Assembly (NCBI GenBank): GCA_965198235.1
Contig: OZ240248.1
Span: 2,144,001 to 2,208,000, forward strand
DNA: 64,000 nucleotides
From: Candidatus Poribacteria bacterium
Lineage (GTDB): Bacteria; Poribacteria; WGA-4E; WGA-3G
Direction: 5' to 3'
Position numbers and translations under genes: made by a program
Part shown: positions 28,865-39,272 of the stretch, piece after piece
How positions within the stretch are numbered: position 1 is the stretch's first letter
How the letters are laid out: each line of letters begins with the position of its first letter
Notes under the pieces: model-generated
Database searches by the model: none
What the model saw: only the letters and a program-made list of their open reading frames with translations
Told to the model about the DNA's origin: nothing

Positions 28865-29461
28865 ATGAAAATGCGAGGGTTCGGCGTTCTATTGTTTCTG
28901 TTGTTCGGTGTTATAGGGTGTGCGCTGCTGCAAGAGACACCATCCGTCGAAATACCGGCTTCGCGCCTTTCCTGTGCACAAAATCCTGAGATGGTGGATG
29001 GCGACCTGTCAACTGTAGGCACCTTTGCGCCAAAAGGGTCCATCAAAAAAGAGTTTGTGGTAAACCTAAGATACGCGCCTCGGCGGTACCAGCGTCGAGT
29101 GATAGGTAGCCTAAAAACGGAAACGTTGATCAAACTGGACGCGCCAACCTATATTAAGTATATTGAAGTCTACCCCGCATCAACCATCCCCAATTTCGCT
29201 TTGGATGCCACTGCTGAAGAGAAATCACCGAAGTGGAAGCTTTCGTTTACGGCTGTGGAAGATAAACGCGCCCAAAGAGTGGAAGGCACACTACCAGTCA
29301 GATTTCAGATTGAGAGAGAAATACTCTATTTGCGATTGACAGCTAACGCATTGGAAGATTCAGACAATGTATCCCACGGCAACGAGGTAGGCGAACTGCT
29401 GATTCCGCTCAAAGGTGCTTCGATTCGGGAAGTTAAATTCTTCGAGCGACAGTCCCTTTAA
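28865..29461 (+). CDS. Uncharacterised lipoprotein, paralog 3 of 3
   Basis: Lipobox VIGC; same conserved blocks. Confidence 0.78.
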   Translation: MKMRGFGVLLFLLFGVIGCALLQETPSVEIPASRLSCAQNPEMVDGDLSTVGTFAPKGSIKKEFVVNLRYAPRRYQRRVIGSLKTETLIKLDAPTYIKYIEVYPASTIPNFALDATAEEKSPKWKLSFTAVEDKRAQRVEGTLPVRFQIEREILYLRLTANALEDSDNVSHGNEVGELLIPLKGASIREVKFFERQSL

Positions 29462-29699
29462 ACGGTAGTAAAAATCCGCTTGACTTTTGTTTTAGGATTT
29501 TGTAAAATAAAAATAATTCAACAAGATTTATTCACAACAATTTCTGCTGATGCTGGTTGAAATTTCATCAGTCGAGAAAGCAGTTGTGTATAACTCCCGA
29601 AATTTGACATTTTTTAGCAATTGTGTTAAGGTTTAGACAGAACACACAAGGTGAAACCTGTAGGTTTCCCGTTTAAAAAGCCGGAGGATTAGAATCCGA

Positions 29700-30716
29700 T
29701 TGCAAAAACAAGAATCGAAGGGTGTCCCCATACAGAGCAACACTGAAGTGCAAGCCCTTTTCGGGCAAAGTGATGCCTTCTTGAAAATTATTGAAGATGG
29801 ATTTGATGTTCGCGTTGTTTTGAAAAGTGACAGTGTTGCTGTCATTGGTGAAGATATTACAGAAGTTAACCGGGTGACAACGGTTCTCGAATCCCTACTT
29901 CACCGCATCCGGAAAGGAGAACGCATTCAGGCAACCGATGTCAACTATGTAATTCGAGTGTCGGGTGCTGGTGAACGAGATACTTTAGGTGAAACTGGAG
30001 CCGAGTCTATTCCAGTATTCTCGAAACGGGGTGTGATTCGTCCCAAAACCGCTGGGCAGAAAAGGTATGTTGAGGCAATTAAGCACAACGACTTGGTATT
30101 TGGCATCGGACCGGCGGGAACAGGAAAGACGTATCTCGCTATGGCGATGGCGGTTTCCGCACTCAAAAGCGGACAGGTGAGTCGTATTATCTTGACACGC
30201 CCGGCTGTTGAAGCCGGTGAACATCTCGGTTTCTTACCCGGCGACATCGCAGACAAGGTCCATCCATACCTGCGTCCATTATACGATGCACTCTATGATA
30301 TGATGCCCGTGGAGGCACTCGACAAATATATTGAGCGAAATGTTATTGAAGTCGCGCCTATCGCTTTCATGCGAGGCAGGACACTCAATAACTCGTTTGT
30401 CGTCCTTGATGAAGCACAAAACGCCACTATTGAGCAGATGAAGATGTTTTTGACCCGACTCGGTTTCGATTCAAAAGCTGTCGTTACGGGCGATATTACG
30501 CAGACGGATCTTCCGAACCATAAGGTCTCAGGACTCGCAGACGCACAAGAAGTGCTTTCGGGCATCAAGGGAATCCAATTCGTCTATTTTTCTAAGGTTG
30601 ATGTCGTACGGCATGAACTCGTTCAACGCATTGTTGAGGCTTATGAGCAGGCATCACCCCACAATACGGGACGGAACGGCGTAAATCCATCGGGTGTCTC
30701 CAGTGGAGAAGGATAA
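29700..30716 (+). CDS. phoH: PhoH family ATPase
   Basis: GPAGTGKT, RPAVEAGE.LGFLPG, MRGRTL, DEAQN; TTG start. Confidence 0.95.
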   Translation: MQKQESKGVPIQSNTEVQALFGQSDAFLKIIEDGFDVRVVLKSDSVAVIGEDITEVNRVTTVLESLLHRIRKGERIQATDVNYVIRVSGAGERDTLGETGAESIPVFSKRGVIRPKTAGQKRYVEAIKHNDLVFGIGPAGTGKTYLAMAMAVSALKSGQVSRIILTRPAVEAGEHLGFLPGDIADKVHPYLRPLYDALYDMMPVEALDKYIERNVIEVAPIAFMRGRTLNNSFVVLDEAQNATIEQMKMFLTRLGFDSKAVVTGDITQTDLPNHKVSGLADAQEVLSGIKGIQFVYFSKVDVVRHELVQRIVEAYEQASPHNTGRNGVNPSGVSSGEG

Positions 30717-30721
30717 CCGTT

Positions 30722-31174
30722 TTGATTCGGGTTACCAATACGAGTCGCAGGACCACTTTTGACGTAGAAGTGGTTTACAGCGCGGTGCGTGCAACGTTAA
30801 AGGCGCATGACGCAGAATCGTGTGAAGTCAGCGTCCTCTTGACAGATGATAGTGACATTAGACAACTCAACCGCGACTATCGTGGCATTGATGCACCGAC
30901 AGATGTGTTAGCGTTTTCGATGCGCGAAGGTGAGGATGGTAATGTAAACCCAGGTTTGCTCGGAGATCTCGTTGTATCCCTTGAAACCGCAGCGCGACAA
31001 GTATCGACAAGGGACGGACTCAGTGGAGCTTGCGGTAACCTTGAAACCGAGACCGCATTGCTCACAGTACACGGCATGCTACACCTGCTGGGTTACGACC
31101 ATCAAACGCGAGAAGAAGCCGGGATTATGTTTGAAAAGCAGGAAAGTATCTTCCGTCTACTGCGGGAACCGTAG
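30722..31174 (+). CDS. ybeY: rRNA maturation RNase YbeY
   Basis: LNRDYRG.D.PTDVLAF, HGMLHLLGYDH. Confidence 0.93.
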   Translation: MIRVTNTSRRTTFDVEVVYSAVRATLKAHDAESCEVSVLLTDDSDIRQLNRDYRGIDAPTDVLAFSMREGEDGNVNPGLLGDLVVSLETAARQVSTRDGLSGACGNLETETALLTVHGMLHLLGYDHQTREEAGIMFEKQESIFRLLREP

Positions 31175-31238
31175 TGCGTTGTCTGTTATCTTCTGGATAC
31201 CGCGAAATTGGTCCGTTAATAGGAGTGTGATTTTACGT

Positions 31239-32507
31239 TTGGACGACCTAGACTTAGTCATCAAACTCGTTAGCTTAGGCATACTTTTAATTCTCAATGC
31301 GCTGTTTTCAGCTGCCGAAGCGTTACTTGCTCGGTTAACGCGGGATGATATTCTCAAGTTTGCCGAAGAAGGTGGCAAACGCTACGAACTACTGACATCC
31401 CTATTGCGCAACCCACGCCGCTACTCGTTGACCATTATCACTGCCAAAACTATTCTGATAGTGGTGAGCGTTATGGTGTTTATGACGTTTTGGAAATACC
31501 CCGTGGTAAATGCGGCACTCGCAGTCGCCTGTTTCGTCGTCTTTACTGAGTTGTTTCCAAAAAATTATGTGCAGGGTAGCACGGGTGAAGCAACGATTCG
31601 AGCACTCAGTGTGCTCCGTGCGGTCTATTGGGGTGGGTTTTTAGTTTTAATCCCATTGAATTTCCTCGCCAACCTTATCGTCCGCGTCTTCGGAGGTAAG
31701 GTTACCTCCGCACAAGACAGCCTCGTATCCCCAGAGGTTTTGGAGACGCTCGACAACGTCGCCGACAGCCAAGACATCTTAGAACCAGATGACCGAGAAA
31801 TGATCTCTCGGATTTTAGACTTATCAGACAAAGTCGTTCGCGAAATCATGGTCGCGCGGACCGATATGGTCTGTCTTGAAGTCACCACCCCCGGTGACGA
31901 GGTTTTACAGACAACCATCGCCTGCCGACATACCCGTATTCCGATCTACGAGGAAACCATCGACCGGATCGTCGGAATTTTGCACGTTAAAGATATGTTG
32001 GATTGCTGGGAGAAAGGCAAACCGATCAATCTGAGGGAGCTGATCGTTGATCGAAGTCCTTTTTTCACACCGGAGAGCAAGAATATTTCAGAACTCTTCC
32101 GTGAACTTCGGGCACATAAACAGCACATCGCAATCGTTGTGGATGAATACGGCGGCACTGCTGGGATTGTGACCTTAGAAAACATCATCGAAGAAATCGT
32201 CGGCGAAATCCACGATGAAGACGAAATGGACGAACAGGATGACTACGTCCAGATGGATGCCAACACCTATTCGATTGATGCGAGGCTAAATCTTATTGAG
32301 TTGAATGAGAAACTCGGTACAGAGCTCGAAGCGGAAAACATTGATACGATCGGCGGATTCATCGTGGACCGTCTCGGGCGCGTGCCGGAACAGGGCATTC
32401 AATTGACCTACCGTGGTATCCGTTTTACCGTATTCGAGGCAGATGAACGGCGCATCCATAGAATTCATCTTCGGATGCCGGATATCAATACCAGTGATGC
32501 GTCTTAA
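31239..32507 (+). CDS. HlyC/CorC family CBS-domain transporter (start approximate)
   Basis: LFSAAE DUF21 TM region, CBS pair, VVDEYGGTAG, CorC C-terminal domain. Confidence 0.88.
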   Translation: MDDLDLVIKLVSLGILLILNALFSAAEALLARLTRDDILKFAEEGGKRYELLTSLLRNPRRYSLTIITAKTILIVVSVMVFMTFWKYPVVNAALAVACFVVFTELFPKNYVQGSTGEATIRALSVLRAVYWGGFLVLIPLNFLANLIVRVFGGKVTSAQDSLVSPEVLETLDNVADSQDILEPDDREMISRILDLSDKVVREIMVARTDMVCLEVTTPGDEVLQTTIACRHTRIPIYEETIDRIVGILHVKDMLDCWEKGKPINLRELIVDRSPFFTPESKNISELFRELRAHKQHIAIVVDEYGGTAGIVTLENIIEEIVGEIHDEDEMDEQDDYVQMDANTYSIDARLNLIELNEKLGTELEAENIDTIGGFIVDRLGRVPEQGIQLTYRGIRFTVFEADERRIHRIHLRMPDINTSDAS

Positions 32508-32608
32508 AAAGTAGGAACTGCAGACAAAAATCCGTCAGGCATCCTTTAGAAGGAGTCTCGTCGCAGAGGGGATGGAATCTGCGTTAATGTCGCAGTTTTG
32601 AAATAAAT

Positions 32609-32637
32609 TTGACAACGCTCAGTGGAAGAGGTATAAT
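32609..32637 (+). promoter_or_regulatory. Consensus sigma70 promoter for tRNA-Pro/recO
   Basis: TTGACA-17bp-TATAAT perfect match. Confidence 0.8.
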
Positions 32638-32649
32638 TAAACATAAGAA

Positions 32650-32724
<75 letters not shown>

Positions 32725-32766
32725 TTTTACCCCTTCAACGAAAACGCGTCCACCGCAGCTAAAACC

Positions 32767-33552
32767 ATGGCAGCTCAAAAGACCCAAGCGATTGTCATTC
32801 GCACCTTTCCGTTTCAAGAATTCCATAAAATCATTACCTTCTACACGCCCGACTTCGGAAAAGTTAAAGCAGTCGCCTACGGCGTAAAAAGCCCGAAAAG
32901 TCGCCTCGGTGGGAGCTTAGAACTTCTCAATCACGGGACACTCCTCTTTCAACATCGCGAAAATAGGGAACTGCAGAGCATCACCGATTTCAATCTGATT
33001 GATGGATTTGACGGGATTCGCTCCGATTTCACACGTATCACCTACGGTTGCTATTTCGCCGAAGTGGTGGGTAGCATCGCAGCAGAGGGCATCGCCAGCC
33101 CTGAAATTTTCAATCTCCTCTATACCACCTACCAATTTTTAGTTTATGCCGATGATGTGCCTTTGCTCGCAAGAGGATTTGAAATTAAGTTTCTGGACTG
33201 TGCAGGCTATGGACCGGAACTCTCGCGGTGTGTACATTGCGGTTCAGCTGTAACAGAGACGTTTCCCGCTGAAAAGGAGGCGGCAATAGACAGGTTTGGC
33301 ATCGCGTTCAGTGTTCGCTACGGTGGCGTGCTCTGTGGTAGATGTGGAAACCGAGACGGTGCTGCCTTTACAATCGCACCCGGTAGTTGTGAGTTGCTAA
33401 AAATGCTCCGGAAATCTGAATGGGAGCGGTTCAACCGAATCCGCGCCTCCACCCGCAATCATAAGGAACTTAAACGTCTGCTCGGTAACTTCATTGAACA
33501 TCATACCGAACGGAACTTAAAAAGCCTCAAATTCATTGAGAATGTTTTGTAG
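32767..33552 (+). CDS. recO: DNA repair protein RecO
   Basis: N-terminal OB fold (GKVKAVAYG..SPKSRLGG), CVHC..CGRC zinc finger, LKSL C-terminus; typical neighbourhood. Confidence 0.92.
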   Translation: MAAQKTQAIVIRTFPFQEFHKIITFYTPDFGKVKAVAYGVKSPKSRLGGSLELLNHGTLLFQHRENRELQSITDFNLIDGFDGIRSDFTRITYGCYFAEVVGSIAAEGIASPEIFNLLYTTYQFLVYADDVPLLARGFEIKFLDCAGYGPELSRCVHCGSAVTETFPAEKEAAIDRFGIAFSVRYGGVLCGRCGNRDGAAFTIAPGSCELLKMLRKSEWERFNRIRASTRNHKELKRLLGNFIEHHTERNLKSLKFIENVL

Positions 33553-33634
33553 GCACTCAAGCAATTTATAGTTTAGGTCTCTCGCCCAAGATTCATATAC
33601 CGAGTCTGGAAACATTCAGAACATATAAGGAGTC

Positions 33635-36600
33635 ATGAAATTGAAAAAATATAACGTCTTGAAATCTTTTAGTCGCAAATTTCGGAAACTTGCAAGCTGC
33701 ACCAAAGTAGCATTTTTCCTACTCGTTGCTGTATATATGGCGGTAGCCGTTAACTTTGATGTCTCTGCGGCGATCACCGGAAAGGTTTCTGGGGTAATCA
33801 CCGCTGAAGCGACAAATGCACCGCTTGCGAATGTCACGGTAACACTCGTTGGAACGAGCAGCACCGCAACAACAAACAGTGCTGGTTACTATGTTATGAC
33901 CAACATCCCACCCGGAAGTTATGATGTGAAGGTCGCGCTCACGGGTTATGCTGCAGAGACTGTAGCAGGGACGAAAGTGCTCGCCGGTCTTACGACAACA
34001 TTGGACTTTACACTCAAGAGTGCCGCGGTGCAACTTGAAGGTATAACAGTAACAGCTGTCAAGCCTCTGATTAAGAAGGATGTCACGCAAACCACGAGAA
34101 TCATTGAATCAGAGGATATTGAGGCTATGCCCCGCGATACCGTGAATGGAATATTGCAAACCCTACCTGGCGTTGCCGTGCTAAACTCAACCGGTACAGC
34201 CCATATTCGGGGGGGTAGGTCGATGGAGGTTCGGTATCTCATTGATGGTATCCCGATTAATGATCCGATCGGCAGAAGTTTAGGTTTGAGTATCGGCACG
34301 AATTCCCTTGAACAGATCGAAGTCATCACAGGCGGGTTCAATGCCGAACACGGTGATGCGCAATCCGGCATCGTCAACCTCATCACGAAGGTCGGAACAA
34401 ATAAATTCTCTGGTAGAATCCGGTACCGAGTCGGTCAGTGGGGGACCCACCACGGCGATCCGTTATACGGTCCATGGCTCGATCCAGACAACGGATTTCG
34501 ACCCATTGCGGTTGAACCTTTCAGAGGTATCTTCTTCGGTCAGCCCTACGACTACCAAAAACCGTACCGAGGACAGGATGTCACGGTTGCAGAGTTAGCG
34601 GAACGCGAAGGTGACGCACAAGTAGCCTTTACGCAGATTTACCCCGGTGTGTATGCGGACAGGACAAAAAACCCGCTCCAGCCTGTGATAGATCCGGAAA
34701 TTGGTGAACCGCAAGTTAACCCCAATACGGGTGAAACGATTATGACACGCCAGCCTTATAGGGATGCCGATGGCACTGTTATCGACTATGAGAAGAAGCA
34801 GGTTACTTTGTTGGACGGCTACGTCGTGGATCTGCAACAGTATAGCGGATTGTTCAACGACACGAAAAAGTACGATCTGTCTCCGAGCCATATCGGTGAA
34901 TTCGCGCTCAGCGGACCGATATGGGGAAATCGGTTGACGTTCTCCGCCTCCAGCCAGCTCCAACGAAATCACAGTTTTTTCCCGAATAGTCACGGGACGG
35001 GATATATCTTCCAAGGAAAGCTGAAGTTTGAAGTAACACCGAGTATCAAACTCACTGCAAGTGGGCTTTTCAATAAGTCGGAAGGGTACTCCTATGGGGG
35101 TGCTCTACGCTTTTGGCCGAGTGCGGTTCCAGTCTCGAACTCGGATGGACGGAGTCTATCCGTGCGACTCTCACATAATATCAACTCTGGTACTTTCTAT
35201 ACGTTGACACTTGGTCAATTCCGGCGATCGGCTGAAAGTAAGCAACCCGGTAAGTCGTGGGATCCGTTGGAGAAAACATTCAATGAAAACGCTTGGGATC
35301 CGAAAAAATCCTTTGAGCAGAATGAAGAAGAAGGCAGAATCAGAAATCCGCCCCAACAGGCATATAACGATACAACCTATTTCGTTGCAGGTGACAGCAA
35401 TTCTTGGGGCTCTCTCAATGCCACGACCTCAATATTGAGAGCGGATTTTGCCAGCCAAGTTACGGCGAACCATCAGATCCAGACAGGCGTTGAATTCTTG
35501 GGATACGACCTCTATAATCTCCAGACGACTAACTATGGGAGTTCCAATCTCTATATGGAGTATTATGATGTCCAGCCTCAATCCATAAGTGCGTACGTGC
35601 AAGACAAAATGGAGTATGAAGGCATGATCGTCAACGCCGGCTTACGATATGACCTGTATAGTCCATCTGGTAGCTCACCCTCCGACCCGTTTGATCCACT
35701 CGAATTGAACGACGATGGTACAATCAAACTGGATAAAAGCACCTATAAAGTTGGGCTTCCCATCATTAAAAATCCGGTTGAGGCTTCTACCAAGCGCATG
35801 ATCGCGCCACGCCTCGGCATTGCCTTCCCGGTTACTGATCGGTCGAAGTTGCACTTCACGTACGGGCATTACTATCAGATTCCACGCGGTGATGATCTCT
35901 ACGAAAATCTCAGTTTTGACATGCGAGGCGCAATCCGAAGAAGAGGGAATCCTGACTTGGATCCGGAGAGGACGATCGCCTATGAGGTCGGTATCGTCCG
36001 GCAATTCACCGATGACTTAACGATTGACATCACTGGGTTCACCAAGGATATTGACAAGCTTGTTAATAGTGCTCATGTTGACATTACCAACGATTACAGT
36101 TACTTCTTGAATGGTGAATTCAACGGTATGATCCACGGCATCTATGGGCGGGTTCAAGGTTTTGAACTCACAATTCGCAAGTGGCGCACGGGACAGAGTC
36201 CGGTCTCTGGAATGCTCAGTTACACCTATTCCGTCGCGAAGGGAAAAGGCTCCAGCCGAAATCTGGGTTACATCACCTATTACCGGCAGCAGCCGGATGT
36301 AACCGAAAGCCATCCGTTGGCATGGGATCAACGTCACATTTTCTCTGGACTGTTGGACATCCAATTGCCCTTTGATTCTGCTGTCAATTTTATTGGTAGG
36401 TATGGGAGCGGTTTGCCTTACACACCTAACCCGAGATCACCCACCAAACCCGATATCAACTCGAAGCGTTACCCGCCAACCTATAATGTTGACGCGCTTA
36501 TCAGCAAACGGAGTCGGATTGGTGGATTGACCTACACCTTCTTCGCGGACATTCGGAACATCTTCAACACGAAAAACCTGGACGATCTCTTGGATTCAGT

Positions 36601-36706
36601 GACGTATGATCGATACGGTATTCCGCTCGACAGCCAGAAGCATTCCCATCCGCTGTCATGGAGTTCACCGCGGTTGATTATGATGGGCGTGAGTTTGGAT
36701 TTTTAG
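33635..36706 (+). CDS. TonB-dependent outer-membrane receptor with carboxypeptidase-regulatory-like N-domain
   Basis: TGKVSG, HIRGGR..EVRYLIDG plug, TGGFNAEHG.AQSG, HFTYGHYYQ, terminal F. Confidence 0.9.
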   Translation: MKLKKYNVLKSFSRKFRKLASCTKVAFFLLVAVYMAVAVNFDVSAAITGKVSGVITAEATNAPLANVTVTLVGTSSTATTNSAGYYVMTNIPPGSYDVKVALTGYAAETVAGTKVLAGLTTTLDFTLKSAAVQLEGITVTAVKPLIKKDVTQTTRIIESEDIEAMPRDTVNGILQTLPGVAVLNSTGTAHIRGGRSMEVRYLIDGIPINDPIGRSLGLSIGTNSLEQIEVITGGFNAEHGDAQSGIVNLITKVGTNKFSGRIRYRVGQWGTHHGDPLYGPWLDPDNGFRPIAVEPFRGIFFGQPYDYQKPYRGQDVTVAELAEREGDAQVAFTQIYPGVYADRTKNPLQPVIDPEIGEPQVNPNTGETIMTRQPYRDADGTVIDYEKKQVTLLDGYVVDLQQYSGLFNDTKKYDLSPSHIGEFALSGPIWGNRLTFSASSQLQRNHSFFPNSHGTGYIFQGKLKFEVTPSIKLTASGLFNKSEGYSYGGALRFWPSAVPVSNSDGRSLSVRLSHNINSGTFYTLTLGQFRRSAESKQPGKSWDPLEKTFNENAWDPKKSFEQNEEEGRIRNPPQQAYNDTTYFVAGDSNSWGSLNATTSILRADFASQVTANHQIQTGVEFLGYDLYNLQTTNYGSSNLYMEYYDVQPQSISAYVQDKMEYEGMIVNAGLRYDLYSPSGSSPSDPFDPLELNDDGTIKLDKSTYKVGLPIIKNPVEASTKRMIAPRLGIAFPVTDRSKLHFTYGHYYQIPRGDDLYENLSFDMRGAIRRRGNPDLDPERTIAYEVGIVRQFTDDLTIDITGFTKDIDKLVNSAHVDITNDYSYFLNGEFNGMIHGIYGRVQGFELTIRKWRTGQSPVSGMLSYTYSVAKGKGSSRNLGYITYYRQQPDVTESHPLAWDQRHIFSGLLDIQLPFDSAVNFIGRYGSGLPYTPNPRSPTKPDINSKRYPPTYNVDALISKRSRIGGLTYTFFADIRNIFNTKNLDDLLDSVTYDRYGIPLDSQKHSHPLSWSSPRLIMMGVSLDF

Positions 36707-36942
36707 GAGAAAAAGTCTGACACTCAATAGAAGTATCAGCAGAGAGTTCAATATTCCGGTCTCCTATGTTCGGTAGGTGCGGTTTCTAACCACCCGTACG
36801 CGTCAATTTAGTGCGTAGGTTGGGTTGAAACGTAGGTGAAACCCAACTTTGGACGAAAGAGGTTAAATACACAGAAACCTCCAAAAAATCCGCGTAATCC
36901 GCGTAATCTGTGTAATCCGCGATTCAGACGAGGGCACCATAC

Positions 36943-37062
36943 ACAAGCGGCAGAATTACGTGCTCGCTTGGCGTGCTTTGCTGAAGATTGGGAAAATCCT
37001 GAGATGGATATCTATGACAACTATGATAAGGAAAAAGCCAAGTTACACACGCAGTGAGGTAA
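36943..37062 (+). pseudogene. Diverged fragment copy of the antitoxin 3' end / mazF 5' end found at ~39554-39673
   Basis: QAAELRARLACFAEDWENPEMDIYDNYD versus QAAEMRARLASFAEDWESPEMDVYDNYD; overlapping KPSYTRSEV versus KPSYKRGDV. Confidence 0.75.
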
Positions 37063-37068
37063 AGTCAG

Positions 37069-37890
37069 ATGAATCTTCAAAAATCAATTCCGCTTTCATC
37101 CATCTACAACCGAGAAGAAGAATTCTCAATCGATCTCGCTGGTAATCTCGACGCACTTCGGATCGGTAAGTTTGAAGATGTGGAGACAGAAGCCGCAGTT
37201 GGCACGCGGAGGGCAGATATTGTCGCTGTCGGTGAAGATGGTACCCTCGTCATCGAAAACCAGTTCGGCAAAGCAGATTGGGATCATTGGGGTAGACTTG
37301 AAGCCTATGCCCGCTTAAAGGAGGCAACAGTAGCGGTCTTGGTGGCAGAAAGTTTTGAGGAACTGATGATCGTCACATGTAGACTGCGCGACGAAGACAG
37401 TGACGTTGACTGGTATCTCATTCAAGCACAAGCTAATTCACACAACGAACTGTCTTTTCATCATGTCGTTGGTCCGGCAATAGATATCCAAACCGAGAAG
37501 AAAACTGAAGCTGGATATAGCGAATTCTGGGCACCTATCCGAGAAGGAAACGGCTTATTTGCCGGAAAACCTGTCCTTATCCGAAACGATGGCTATATCT
37601 CAAAGGCTGTCCGTGGTATGGATGTATACCTCCATCTTACTAACCACCAATGCTATATTCGATTATGGATTCAAGGGGAAGACAAATTGGAACGCCGGGA
37701 CAAAGTTAAGGAATTATTTCGAGAATCAAATTACGAATACAAAGATAAAGATACGGCCATGTACGCGACATTGATATTTCCTGTTCTTGACAAAGGTAGA
37801 AAAGATCAGGGTGCTTGGCCTGAAATGCGCAAGACATTAGTCAGTATGGGTACTGACATCTATAATAGGATTGATGAATCTGCCCTATAG
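37069..37890 (+). CDS. DUF4268-like protein with N-terminal PD-(D/E)XK-type domain
   Basis: ADIVA..LVIENQFG..D.DHWG.L..YA followed by an EFW-starting C-terminal domain. Confidence 0.6.
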   Translation: MNLQKSIPLSSIYNREEEFSIDLAGNLDALRIGKFEDVETEAAVGTRRADIVAVGEDGTLVIENQFGKADWDHWGRLEAYARLKEATVAVLVAESFEELMIVTCRLRDEDSDVDWYLIQAQANSHNELSFHHVVGPAIDIQTEKKTEAGYSEFWAPIREGNGLFAGKPVLIRNDGYISKAVRGMDVYLHLTNHQCYIRLWIQGEDKLERRDKVKELFRESNYEYKDKDTAMYATLIFPVLDKGRKDQGAWPEMRKTLVSMGTDIYNRIDESAL

Positions 37891-37950
37891 TAACCCAAGT
37901 TACTATCTGAAGAAACCTATACGCTTGAGCGTGGTTTTTCAGGCATTTTA

Positions 37951-38022
37951 CGCACTCCAGCGGAGTGCTATGTCTATAGAAAATAGCGCATTTAAATCTC
38001 GCACTCCAGCGGAGTGCTATGT
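37951..38022. repeat. Two perfect copies of a 23-bp palindromic repeat
   Basis: cgcactccagcggagtgctatgt at 37951 and 38000; related copy near 54955. Confidence 0.85.
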
Positions 38023-38037
38023 GTATGAAAAGGTGAC

Positions 38038-38550
38038 TTGGATTATAGTACAGAATTTATGCGTTATACCATTGCAGAAGCCGGTATCGACGATGTTGAA
38101 GCCATCGTGGATGTAACACTCCAGAGTTTTGAGGACGCATTCAGCAAACCATTCTACATGGAACGCGAGGCGGCAGTCCATAGATGGAAAGCCTATATCC
38201 GCAAGGAACACCATCCACAAAAAGCTAAGGACCCATGGGTTGTATACATCGCAATCACTGATGGAGAGGTAGTAGGGTTCGTTGCTGGACATTTGACAGG
38301 GCGGTTTGATTTAGAGGGTGAACTTCAATCTATCTATATTCTTCCAGAGCACCAACGACGGGGACTCGGAACGCAATTAGTCATCGCGCTTGTAGATTGG
38401 TTCAAAAAGTGGGACGCAAAAGATATCTGTGTAGATCACAAAGGCGGCAGCGAGGGTTTTTATATCAAACTGGGAGCGAAGTTCGACGATCACGGATGGT
38501 TGGTGTGGGACAATTTTCTTAATGTTCTTGCGTTTGAAAAAGCACAGTGA
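38038..38550 (+). CDS. GNAT family N-acetyltransferase
   Basis: IYILPEHQRRGLGTQL acetyl-CoA motif; FYIKLG. Confidence 0.88.
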   Translation: MDYSTEFMRYTIAEAGIDDVEAIVDVTLQSFEDAFSKPFYMEREAAVHRWKAYIRKEHHPQKAKDPWVVYIAITDGEVVGFVAGHLTGRFDLEGELQSIYILPEHQRRGLGTQLVIALVDWFKKWDAKDICVDHKGGSEGFYIKLGAKFDDHGWLVWDNFLNVLAFEKAQ

Positions 38551-38585
38551 TGTGTGCGAAATCACATCTGTTAAAGAGGTGATGT

Positions 38586-39125
38586 ATGCCGTTTGTTGTT
38601 GAACTATATTTTGATACTTTGACTGAAGAGTGCATTCGCGGTGCATGGAAAACCCTTGATGAAGCAGGGATTAGTGATTCTATGCCCAAAGGTGGTTACC
38701 GTCCGCATATATCGCTTGGGGTTTGCGACCATCTTGAAACAAATTCACTTGCACAGGAACTTTCAATCTTTGCAGCGAGTGTTGCGCCGTTTCGATTATC
38801 ATTCCCCAATATAGGTGTCTTTTCTACATCAGAAGGCGTTGTTTACTTGGGTGCAACGGTCACTGCGCAATTGCTTAATGTACACATGGCATTTCATGAA
38901 ATCTTCAAGAAATACGCGAAGGAACAACGGGAATATTACACTGTTGGACAGTGGGTACCGCACTGCACACTTGCTTTCGGTCTGTCAGAGCATCAGATTG
39001 CTGAAGCAGTAACCGTTTGTCGGCAAATGGATTTACCAGTTTCCACGGAAGTCAAAGAGATCGGGATGGTGGAGGTTTCCCCTACAGGTTGTCAGACACT
39101 ATGCTTGTGCAATCTCAAATCATAG
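38586..39125 (+). CDS. 2H phosphoesterase (2'-5' RNA ligase family)
   Basis: PHISL and PHCTL motifs. Confidence 0.85.
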   Translation: MPFVVELYFDTLTEECIRGAWKTLDEAGISDSMPKGGYRPHISLGVCDHLETNSLAQELSIFAASVAPFRLSFPNIGVFSTSEGVVYLGATVTAQLLNVHMAFHEIFKKYAKEQREYYTVGQWVPHCTLAFGLSEHQIAEAVTVCRQMDLPVSTEVKEIGMVEVSPTGCQTLCLCNLKS

Positions 39126-39150
39126 TTCGGAGCAAGGGGAATGTAGGAAA

Positions 39151-39246
39151 ATGACTGATAGAACCCAACATAATGACGAATTGCGCCCCGAGTATGACGA
39201 AACACTGCTAAAAAATGGCGTTCGGGGGAAATACGCGAAACAATAA
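39151..39246 (+). pseudogene. Truncated BrnA-like antitoxin (31 aa)
   Basis: RBS AGGA; MTDRTQHNDELRPEYDETLLKNGVRGKYAKQ* matches the DELRPEYD..GVRGKY N-terminus and stops early. Confidence 0.55.
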
Positions 39247-39272
39247 GATAATCGATAAAGGAAAAATTTACC

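Noticed and set aside
30972-31238. N-terminal extension of the CorC-like ORF
   Set aside because: Overlaps ybeY; the RBS and hydrophobic domain start near 31221-31239
37951-38022. Palindromic 23-bp repeat pair as a mini-CRISPR
   Set aside because: Two copies only and a related solo copy near 54955, so it looks like a dispersed repeat
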